From: Eledone cirrhosa | Taxonomy: Eukaryota | Length of the DNA: 64,000 bases | Direction: 5' to 3' | Assembly (NCBI GenBank): GCA_964016885.1 | Contig: OZ024741.1 | Location: 368,714,001 to 368,778,000, forward strand | Shown: piece after piece, positions 13,001 through 25,000 of the stretch | How the letters are laid out: every line of letters starts with the position of its first letter | Position numbering within the stretch: position 1 is the first letter of the stretch | Program-made: the position numbers and the translations under genes | The notes under the pieces: model-generated | What the model saw: only the letters and a program-made list of their open reading frames with translations | Database searches by the model: none | What the model was told of the DNA's origin: nothing

Positions 13001-16000
13001 ATGTAAACATGGAACAGCAGACATAAAATGAAGATGTTAATGAGGATGATGAAATACACGTTTGGGGATCACAACTTGGAATACTCAACGAAACTCTATG
13101 TATGTTTATTATAGGGGAGACAATATGTTTATTATAGGTGATATGAGATGAAGCATGTCATACTATTTCTAGCAGGCAATGGTATTTTGTATAAAGGAAC
13201 ATTCAACAACTTTATTAGCTAGTTGAGCAATTTACATACATGTTCTTTTGTTCTGATATTGAAGATATATCACATGAAAGAGATTTAAAAAGTGATAAAA
13301 ATAAAAGAAAGAATGGTAACCAAAAATCACTTTTCTGCATATAAATATAAATAAAAACAAAAATAACAAATTCCAAAATACTTACAGCAGCATCTTGATT
13401 GTTGACTTTCTTTAAAAGTTCCAGACAATGTTCATAGTCCCGTCCCTTATCTCCAGCGTTGACCAATATTTCCTGGAAATCATGGGGAAGAGTTTTAAAC
13501 ATAAGACTCCATTTAAAGTTGTTTGTTCTAACCATCTCCTCTCCTCACCACTTTATTTTATACCTAACATTTTACCCCCAACATCCTAATAATTCAATAG
13601 AAATATTAATTGCATCAACAACACATGGTTACAGCAATATCCTGGCCTAAAAGGAGTAGGACCAATATTCCTCCCAATTAGATTAATTAAAATGAAAAAC
13701 GAAATCTATATTTGGGAATATTTTCAAGATATACAATAAAATAAAAGATGTGGGAAAGCAGCAATATTAATAAAAATATAAATTTCATTCTCAATGGAAT
13801 GTAAACATGGTGAGAAACTGGAGGGCACAGTGTTTGGCAATTAAATGGAGACAATATAGGGCTTAAGACGATTCTTCAGTCTGGCCTAGCATGTTACAAC
13901 CATTCTGAATCACTGAACAGATTTTATGGGCAAGTGTTAGTGCTACATTTAAATGCACCCAGTACACCCTGTAAAGTGTTTGTGTCTCGAAAAACACACC
14001 CAGTACAAGGTGCTTGGCATTTGGAAAGGCATCCAATCATAGAAACAATATCAAATATGAAACCTAATGAGCAAGCTGAGGTCAATATGATCCATTTGGT
14101 TGTCACAAATCATGACAAGTTATCAAACCCATGCCAGTGTGGAATACTCATGTATGATGATAGAAACAAGTTTCAGCAGCTGGCTATATATCATGACAGT
14201 ATCTAGGATTTATGTTCAAGTCAACAACAAAGTCCCAAGGGCAAAGTGAGCTTGTACAGATGATTCTTGAGAAAGCCTTTTAAATGCAGTCAAAATATAT
14301 AGAAAATGAAAATTAAGGAACTACTGTATATTATATAACTGTATCTCCTGCCATTTTTATTGCTGTGGTGATTTAGCAGAAAATATCTTAATTGAAATGC
14401 TAATAGTATCTTATTAATGAACAAATTTTTGTAAAAATTTAACATTAGACTAAAGACTTGAATTTTTAATGTGATTACAGACATAGTGCTATTTTGTACT
14501 TTTCAAGAATATCTTGCTAATGTGGTTTGATCCAGTACAGGATATTTAGAATTAAGATGTACAATAATTCTGAAGAAACATTTCTAGAAGTTTGAAATTT
14601 GGTGGATGAAAACTGTGCAAAAGCCTGTTTGTGTGTGTGTCTATGTTTATGTTGTTTATTTATGATTTATAAGTTAGTGGTTTGACAAAGATCGGTAGAA
14701 TAAATACCAGATTTGAAAAAAATATATAATTTAGTTAATATCTTCTTCTTCGCTCACTTATTTCTGAGAGGGTCATGGGGGCAGAGTCATCAAACACCAC
14801 TTCCAGTGGGTCCTGTCAATACCAATTGTTTCTAACTGATCTGGCTGGATCCCCAAGTGAGACCAGCCAAGCTAATGGAGGTTATCCAACTATCTTGCTC
14901 AGGGTCTACCCCTGGTCTCCTGCCAGTTGGTTTTGCCCATAAAATCTGTTCAGTGATTCTTTCCCCGAGACATTCTAACCACATGCCTATAGTATCAGAG
15001 CTGTGATCTCTCAATTCAGAGAAGTAGTGGCTCTACTGGAGTGACTCTCTGATCTCTGAGCTACACACTCTACCAAGTAACATTACTCCAAAGACTCTTC
15101 GGAGGAACCCCTATTTCGTCTGCTTATATTCACAATCATATTCTTTTGTTAATGTGGGTTAATATTTTTGACTAAAAAACCCCTTCAAGGCAGTGCTTCA
15201 ACATAGCTGCAATCTAATTCCTGAAAACAGTAAAAAAAACAAAAACCATTACCTTTTCTCTCATCCAAGCATTCACTTTCTCAATCTGTTCATAGAAACT
15301 AAGAAGATCTCGAGCTGCTTCCAGTCCTTTACCACGTCTCTCAGCGGCAAGTAATAGGTTATTCCATTTACTGTTCATAGAGTTGATAGACTGTTGAATC
15401 TCTTGTTTTTGGTAATTCTTTTTAATCAAAGCCTCTCCATTCTGTGTTGAAATCATTTCAGTCAGCATATGAAAAAAAAAAAATTTATATATATACATAT
15501 TATTAGATAGATATGCCCTACAGTCAAGCTTAAACTTTATATGTATATACAGTGTGGGAATTTATGTGTATGAGTATGTGTACATGAGTGTGGATGTGAA
15601 CCTTGACTTTTATTTGTGTCCTTGTATTATTGTGTATATATCTAAAAATAGTTTCTTCAAAAACTCTTGGCCAATAACACATACATACATACATACATAC
15701 ATACATACATACACATTATAAAGAATTGGAACCCTGATGGCTGAGCTGCTGTTGTTTCAGCAGAGCTAGTTCCAGAGTCTGGAACTAGCTATTGAAACAG
15801 CAGAAGCTCAGCAGTTGGGGTCCCAACTCTTTATAATATAACCATACTCTACTACTCCAAGTATCAAGTACTCTGTTGAATAATGGTCTAACCAGTTTCA
15901 AACTGAATCTATCCCGATTTATATATATATATATATATATTCACATACACACATGTATATATTATAAAATATATATAAGTACCATTTAAGTTATGTTATA

Positions 16001-19000
16001 AATACTATCTTAGTAATGAAATAATTGAAATACAGTGGATGTCATTAGAAATATGATAATGAAAGGGTTAAGGTGATGTGAGAGAGATTACTCTCTAGGT
16101 AGTCATGTGTGATTGGCTAGTGTACTATCTATTATCAACAGTTTACTGCTTCAATATAAGATCCTCCTGGCAGTACTGGATTTAGGACAAATGAGGCCCC
16201 GTGCTAGTTAAGTTATGAGGCCCCTTACTTGGGCCCTGAAGGAGGTAAAAATATTTTTGGGCAGGGTGATGCTTCCCTCCTCCTGGCCAACAGGGTCCTG
16301 TGCTTAAGCACACCTAAGCACAATGGTAAATCCGGCACTACCTTCTGGCTATTTCACAAACAAGTTTTTAAAAAATGGAATAAGAAATACTGATTAGTTA
16401 CCAAATAGTAAGTTGCATAAAAATTTTAAGAATTTTATAGTAGGATTGGAAACAGACCTGCTTTGTCTTCTCTATCCGATCAGTGTTGGCATGTATTTCT
16501 GAAACAAATGCTTGGTGTTTCTGCAGTTTCTTCAACTTCGCATTAAGATCAGTAGTATCTTTAACAGCATCATCATCTTTAGCAACTTTCAGTTTATCAT
16601 CCATCCAGCTTTCAATCTGTAATATATAGGTAATATTGATTTCTTATTTAGGCACAACACCAGCAAATTTGGGGAAGAGCAAGTTGATTAAATCAATCCC
16701 AGAAGGTACTTTGCCTTCCTTCCTTCCGAGGTCGATTTGAACTCAGAATGTGAAGAACCACATAAATACCTCAATGACATTTTATCCAACGCTCTATCAA
16801 TTCTGCCAATCCCTCACCCTTACCTGTACAGGTAATATTGATGATAAATATATATTAAGTCTTTTTCAGAGAATATCAACATTGTAATAATGAAATATGA
16901 AGCCCTTAACTATATAAATAAACAATATCAAGGTTTTAGCATACAAATATATGGGGCTAAACAAGGACCAGAAACAAAGATGACATGTAACCCAGAGAAA
17001 TGGTTTTGTTATGATTAACTCTTGATACCATCATGGCGAAAACTGGTGCTGGTTCTATGAAACAAACTCAGCCATTTTAACCCTTTAGCATTGAAACTGG
17101 CTATATCCAGGCAGAATTCTCTCACCAATTTCTGTTGAAACCGGTTGTAACTGGCTGCTCATACTGATGTTAAAGTATTGTTCTCAAAATTAATAACATT
17201 AAAATCTCATAGATTCAATATTATATGAGATACAATAGTATGAATAGTATGCTAAAAGGTTAAGGGACTTCTATTTAAATTAAAATCCTCCAAAATAATT
17301 TTATATAATAAAGAACCATAAGTTAAGTTACTGTTAGTAATGAAATAATAATTTTAATAAATCACAAAAAATTCATCTTTAATTAATTGAAATAGAGTAT
17401 TTCATTAAATGTAAAACACTTCATGCAGTTTAACCCTTTAACATTTAAATCGGCCATATCTGGCCAGAATTCTCTTACGCCTTTCAATTCAAACTGGCCA
17501 CTCATACTGATGTTAAGGTATTGTTCTCAAAATAAATATCAAAATCTCAAATTCGATATTTTGTGAGATATTATATGAGAAAGCATTTACCACGAAAATA
17601 TAATAGTAAATATAGAGTAATATAGATGCTAAAGGGTTAACTAGTTAGACACAGCTAAAGAATACAAAACACACAAATTAAGAAGCTTTCACAGCTATTG
17701 TACTGTTCTTTCTTACATCTTTACATTATACACAGAACTAAATAATTACCTCATCTTGGTCTCTTTTGAAACGGAAGTAAGCTAAGGAATTCTGCAAATT
17801 TTCTTTCCTGGCATTACATTGGGTCTTGATGGATTTTCTCCTGCAACAGAACAAAAATAACAGATTCATGTAAAATCAATTATACATAGTCACAGGCTAC
17901 CACACTTTTGTGTGCACCTTATGGAATTTCCTACCATTGCTTTTTGACATATTGAACAAAGCTGCTTCAGTACTGGTAGCAGCTTCTTGTCCTCTTTTCT
18001 ATTTATTAGGACTTTAGTTGTTGCAAATTTACTTTCAGGCCTTTTGATTCTAGATTTATCTCCTGTGGATTCAGCTATAAGGACTAGATCATCATCATAC
18101 AGGAGTTCTCATAAAGCACCAGTGTTAAACTCCTTAATTATGGCCTGAAGAAAAATGATAAACAGAAGCAGACAGAGGGCTGAATCCTGGTGGACTCACA
18201 CTTGCACTTCAAATTCATCCATGTATTCATTGCTAACTCTTATTGTTGGTTGCTCCTTTATATATGGTTTGCTCGGCTCTCACAAACCATTTGTATACAC
18301 AGTTTCCTTAGCGCCCACTAGATTATAAAGCAGGGGAACCCTGTCAAAAGCCTTCTCCAGATCTATAAATGCAGGTACAGTGGCTTACTCACAACTAAGT
18401 ACTTCTCCTGCAGTCGTCTCACAAGGAAGAGGGCGATGGTAAAAGCCGAAATGCATCTCATCTAGTTTGTTTCTATTTTTGTAATTAACTGTTATAATCC
18501 TCTCACTAACTTTCATAATCTGGTCCATCAACTTGATGTCTCTGTAGTTACCTCTCTCTGCATCTTCTTTCTCCTTACAGCAGTTTACAATGATATAGCT
18601 GCACCAGTTATTGGATGTGACACCCATCCTCTACTACTTGATTAATTATGCATCTGATACTCCAGCTGCCTTCACTATATTTGTCTATGACACTGCTGTC
18701 AAATTTTATGGCTGGTCCCTCAGTTGGGTTGACATTGAATAGGCACTGTCTTATTTATTCTCTTCATTAAATAATCTAAACTATAATAAAGGGAGGAGCG
18801 CAGGACTGCGTATGTTTTATAATGTTTTATCCCATTAGTAAAATATGTTGGAATACTGTGAATAAATAATGAATGAATATTACATTAATTTATCTACTAA
18901 ATTTTGTGGCTGTTGATTAAATATCTTTTGTTTATTCAAAGATTCACTTCTTTAAAATTTCTGAAATGTCAATCGCTTAAATAAACATTAATTTTCTGTC

Positions 19001-22000
19001 ACTAATTTTCTTCTAATGCAGTTTATATATAATATCGTCTTTTTTAATGTATCATGGATTACGTTACTGATTACATAAGACAGTGTAACACAGTCTTCGT
19101 TCAATTTCTGTGTATATTGTGGAGACACATGGCTTAGTGGTTAGAGCATTGGCCTTGCAATCGAAAGGTTGTGAGTTCAATTCTCAGACCGTGTGATGTG
19201 TTGTTTCCTTGAGCAAGAGACTTTATTTCACATTGCTCCAGTTTACTCAGCTGTAGAAATGAGATGATAGGGACTGGGGTCCATATCATTCCACTGCAAA
19301 GTGGTCGTGGAGGTGCCACAGCAAAAAAGCACCCAGCACTCACTGTAAATGAGGTTGGTGTTAGGAAGGGCATCCAGCTGTAGAAATCAAGCCAGAATCA
19401 GTTCCCGTCCCACCCTTGTAAGCAGGGATAAAGCGGACGTAAAATGAAATGATTGTCAATTACGATTTTATTTGATGTATCATATCTACATATAAATAGC
19501 CGGTAGCCACAGAGTAGGCAGACCCAGAAAAACCTGGGACGACTTGATAAATTCTGACCTCACACACTTACACCTCTCCAAGATAATGTCAATGGACCGA
19601 GATCTTTGGCGCTACACAGTAATACAGAAGACCCGCCTTGCCTAAGTACAAAGCGAAACCTACAGTCAGTAGGCACTGCTAACAAAAATACACCCCTTTC
19701 AATGTAAAGTTATGTTGGTACCACAACATCCAGTCCTAAATAAATGAGGTTGTGTAGGTGTCACAACAAAAAAAACACAGTCCACGCTGTAATATGGCCG
19801 TGTAGGTAACACGGTAAAAACCTCCCAGTCCACACTGTAAATGTGGTTGGTGTTAGGAAGGGCATCCAGCCATAGAAAACCCACCAGACAGTCCTATACG
19901 AGCAAGACAACCAATCTTGCCTCAAGTGGGAAAATTCCCGTCCAAACCCATGCTAGCGTGGAAGATGGACGTTAAACGATGATGATGATGATATATATAT
20001 ATATACCTGCATATAATATCAATATACACACTACACATGCTAGCAGAAAACCACCCTTCGGGTGGTTTTTCTGCTAGTCTCTTATAATTGACCTTCCATG
20101 CCTTTTTCTTTTTTGGAATCAGTCAGAGCAAGCGCTTTACTATCATTTCGGACACATTTTCCCCAACCACATCCCGATTTTCTCTAACACACTGTTTTAC
20201 AATCTGAAACACTTCACACCTCTGAGCCTTATGACACTTCAAGCTTTTTGGTATTGCTCCCTATTTTCCCCTTTTTCCCAATCTTTCCAGGTCTGTCTCT
20301 TTGCTTTTATGGCTCTATCTACCTTATCATTCCACTACCTTGTCACTTTTTGTCCTGTTGTGACCTTATTCCAATTGCAAACCTTGTCTGGCCTTTAGCA
20401 GGTTTTAACATAGTAATCCTCTATCCTATAAGCCTCCATCTCCTCGCCTGTACTATCATAGACATTGAGTAAGATTTCCCTGAACTTGTTGCCAGCTGAA
20501 AGTTCCTTCAGGTTCCAAGTTTTGCTTTTAGTCTCAGAATTCATCTTGGCTCTAACTTTAAAGTCACTGATAACTAGTCTGTGTTGGGAAGTATATATAT
20601 ATTCTTCACTTGGGAAAGAATTGGCATTTATGACTATTTTTCTGTCCCATTTTCTGTTGAGAATATAGTCTATTTGGCTTCTGTGATCTGATTATTAGGT
20701 TATCAAGTGACTGGCTGGTTTCCTGAAGTTCATATTGCACATTGTGAAGTCAACAATATCACAAAACTCCAGAAGCTTAGCCCCCCTCTTCATTTCTTGT
20801 ACCATACTCTCTATACACACTGAGAAAGCTGTCATGGTGTTTCCCAATGAGTCCACTAAAATCACCAGCCATGATAAGGAAATTAGCATTGTTTGACAGC
20901 ATGGTAGTCTGTAAGATGACCTCAGAGACATGACATTTCTGTTCATCTGCAAGTTCAGAATGTAGTGCATATAGATTATAGTAGCTATTGTGTTGCCTGA
21001 GGCTAGTCTGAGCTTAATTATCCTATTACATAGTCTAACTACCTCAATTACATTATCCAACCATTTCTCTGCTAATAGTGTGAGAGCACACTATCACTGC
21101 TATCCACCCAGAACAACTTATACCTATGTTTCTTGCCTGTGATTAGTCTGAAGCACCTCTCCATCTTACTTTTTGCACACAGTATACATCTACATGCCTC
21201 CCCCATCCAAAAGGATTGAATGCTCATAATTAGATTGCCTTTGATCATAAATCTGCTCTAGTAGAGTTGACGTGTTGCTAAATAACAAATTAAGTGGTGG
21301 TGGTGCCAATATTACCTTTCTATGACAGTTTCCAGTGGAGCTTCAATTTCAGAGGGTTGTACACGTTTATTCTTCAGTAGTTCTTTAGCTTGGCACTTGA
21401 CATTTTCCAACTGAAAATAGATAAGTTAATAGAACTGTAGTTATGTTAAAAGATTGATTTAATAACAAATGAACAATTGGAAATTATATTTAATTAGTTA
21501 GGTGAAGGCATGGCTATATAGTTAAAAAGTTTGCTTTGGAACCGCATGGTTTGCGGTTCAGTTTCACTATGTGGCATCTACTATAGAATCAGGTTGACCA
21601 ACAATGCTTTGTGAATGAAATTGGTAGATGGAAACTAAAGAAATCCAGTGTATGCATGTGTGCATGGCACTTGCTGCAAATGTCATAAACACCATTAAAA
21701 AAGCCAGGTGACATTTGTTTATGCTCCCTATAAACAATTTTCCTGCAGTGTGGTAGTTTGATGAACATCAAGAATATATACCATATATAAAAGTAAGATA
21801 TGAGTTGGAGTCAGGAAAGATATTTGGCCATGGAAAAACTGCCTTAAAAAAGTCTTAATCAACCTATGGAAGTATGGATAAAGCAAACATAAAAATAAAA
21901 ATATATATCAGAGGTTCTCAAAGTGGGTGCTACCGGAGGGGTTGGGGCATTGAGAAGGTCCAGGGGGCGCTGCAGCCTAAGGGGCAGTGGTAGAGATGAT

Positions 22001-25000
22001 GTAATAGTATATTAAATATCAAATGATACATATATACAAATATAGTAAAATAAAAAAAATATATATTTATTTATACATAATATTTATTATACATCAATTA
22101 ATGATGTTATTTATATATTATTTACAATTTGTGTGCAGGTAGGTCTCTTTGGAAATAGGGTTGGGAATGCTGAGGGTATTATGTGGTTGTGAGGTGGGTG
22201 GTGGTCCAAAAAGTTTTAAAACCTGATATATATGAATAGTTCTGTTAGTATGAAATGAAGTTTTCATTGTGAATTTTTCCGCTATAGATAGAAAAGAAAA
22301 AGAAAATTCCCTTTAAAATATCACACACCTTTTCATCTTGAGCAACAACCAAATTTTCAAATGCTGCATGTTTACGAGCCAGAGCTTCTGCTGCTTCTAC
22401 ATTCATACCATAGTCAGAATTGTTGAGATAAGCCTGAAACAATTTAAAATTTTATCAAAATTATGGAACAAAATTTAAGATGTTATCAAAATTATGAAAC
22501 AAATTTATAATATAGAACTCTGGTTTTGGTGCCACTATAAAATACACCCAGTACACTTTGTAAAGTGGTTGGTATTTAAATGATAGCAACATGGTGTTGA
22601 GAGGACTCTTCAGTCCTATTAAAGACATGACAATCACCAAAGTGCTGGAACCACAATAACATGCATCCAGCTGTAGAAACTATGCCAAAAAAGGAACGTA
22701 TTCAAGTGAAAGACAGTCCCCTGACCTGTTTAGGAGGACAGTGCTAAACAGGTCAGGGGACTGTGTTTCACTTGAATACGTTCCTTTTTTGGCATAGTTT
22801 CTACAGCTGGTATTAAAGCACTGACAGTGTGTAATGACCTAGCCAACCGATGCCAGCATAGAAAAACATATATAAAGTGGTGATGGTAATGATGATGATA
22901 AAAATGAACTACAAAATAGACCAAAACAAACTTCTATGAGAATTTATATCTCCAACAGCAATCTATATATTTCTGACACATTTTAAGTCCCTTTCAAATT
23001 TTTTAACATTCTAATTCTTAAAGATTCAACACAGGTATAAGGTTTCATTTATAATTTCAACAAATGTTTATGAAATTTTGTATATAGGGATTTTAAATAA
23101 TCCTTTCATATCCAAATTATTCTAGAGAATCAACAGTTTTATCCCCATCTTAAGTCACTAAACACGTGTACACAGACACTCAACTTTCTAGAAATAGATG
23201 CCAAACCACTCACAAATTACTTTCTATTATCTTATAAAAAGAAGGACATATTAGATAACGTAGTCCTAAATATATCTAGGAAATATATTTGAAAATAAGA
23301 TAAGGTTGTCAATGTCTTTGATAATAGATCTGCTTGATCAGGAATGGCCTAGAGTTAAACAACAACTAGATCCTAGAACTTTTTATTTAACTAGCTTGTT
23401 ATATAAAAAAAGAAACAAATAGTTATGAATAAAGGATTGGTAAAAAAAAGCATATATTACAATAAGCTTTAATAAGACAAATTTTTAACCATAAAATCAG
23501 ATAAAAATGTATATAAAATTAACCCTTTTGATACCAAACTGCCCGAAACCTTCCCTGGTTCTATGATACTAGACTGTTTCAAAGTGATTATATTTATCTA
23601 CAAACCTCCCATCACAATTTTATTTAAGTACATTTGCTATGTTCCAAACACCAACTTAATGATGAGAAAGTTATATTATTAAATCCTAATTTTTTTATTT
23701 TCAAATTGATTTGAAAATCATACATAGACTGTATCTTTTATTACAAATATAGTAACAAAAAGATTAACTGAATAGTGTAATGTAGTGAAAGATATGTGTG
23801 CCAACCCTTACCTATGGTTATAAAATTTGGGTAATGACCAAAAGAATATGATTGCAAATACAAGTGGATGAGATGGGGTTCCTCGATAGAGTGTGTAGGT
23901 CAGAGATCAGACAGTCACTCCAGATAGAGCTGCTATTTCTCTGATTTGAGAGATCACAGCTCCAATACTATGGGCATGTGGTCAGAATGTCTCAGGAAAT
24001 AATCACTGGACAGATTTTATGGGCAAAAACAACCAGCAGGAGACCCAGGAGTAGACTCCGAGCAAGATAGTTGGATAACATCCATGAACTTGGTTGGTCT
24101 TGCTTGTGGATGCAGCCAGTTCAGTTGGAAATGATTGCTTCTGACAGGACCCACTGGAAAAGTGTTTGAGGACTCTGCCCCAATGACTCTCAGGAATAAG
24201 TGGGCAAAGAAAATTTGTGTAATGAAAGAAATTCCTTACCTCTTGTGAAGAAGCAATTCTGTTTAGTTGGTTAGTATCTCTTAAAAAGACATGAAATTCT
24301 TGAAGATGCTTGTTGTATTGTTTACGTTCATCCCACAATTTATTAAGTCTCTCTTGTGTCAAAAGAACTTGATCAATCTTATTCTGAATCTAAAAAGGAA
24401 AAAAAAAAGACAAAAATTGTTATAACTTTCCAAGGAACTTAGGTTTGTACTAAATATTTCTACTTTTAGAGGCACAGTATGTAAAGTCACCAGAGATGTT
24501 AAGTTCACCAGAAAAAATATGGGCTCAGCAGAGAGGCACAGCCTCAGCAGAGAGGCACAGCCTCAGCAGAGAGGCACAGCCTCAGCAGAGAGGCACAGCC
24601 TCAGCAGAGAGGCACAGCCGCAGCAGAGAGGCACAGCCGCAGCAGAGAGGCACAGCCTCAGCAGAGAGGCACAGCCTCAGCAGAGAGGCACAGCCTCAGC
24701 AGAGAGGCACAGCCTCAGCAGAGAGGCACAGCCTCAGCAGAGAGGCACAGTCTCAGCAGAGAGGCACAGTCTCAGCAGAGAGGCACAGTCTCAGCAGAGA
24801 GGCACAGTCTCAGCAGAGAGGCACAGTCTCAGCAGAGAGGCACAGCTTCAGCAGAGAGGCACAGCTTCAGCAGAGAGGCACAGCCTCAGCAGAGAAGCAC
24901 AGCCTCAGTAGAGAGGCACAGCCGCAGCCGACACCTCAGCAGAGAGGCACAGCCTCAGCAGAGAAGCACAGCCTCAGTAGAGAGGCACAGCCGCAGCCGA

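Noticed and set aside
11640-13055. Active reverse transcriptase gene
   Set aside because: Multiple stops, frameshifts and an internal deletion; a dead LINE copy.
14569-14600. CTGAAGA...GAAA hammerhead-like core (also CTGATGAG at ~11763 and ~36321)
   Set aside because: No supporting stems I and III or cleavage triplet; chance matches.
19121-19195. tRNA gene
   Set aside because: A and B boxes are present but run into a SINE body and LINE tail; the acceptor stem is not intact.
20041-20077. Bacterial rho-independent terminator or contamination
   Set aside because: The hairpin plus T-run sits in continuous eukaryotic repeat context with no bacterial genes.
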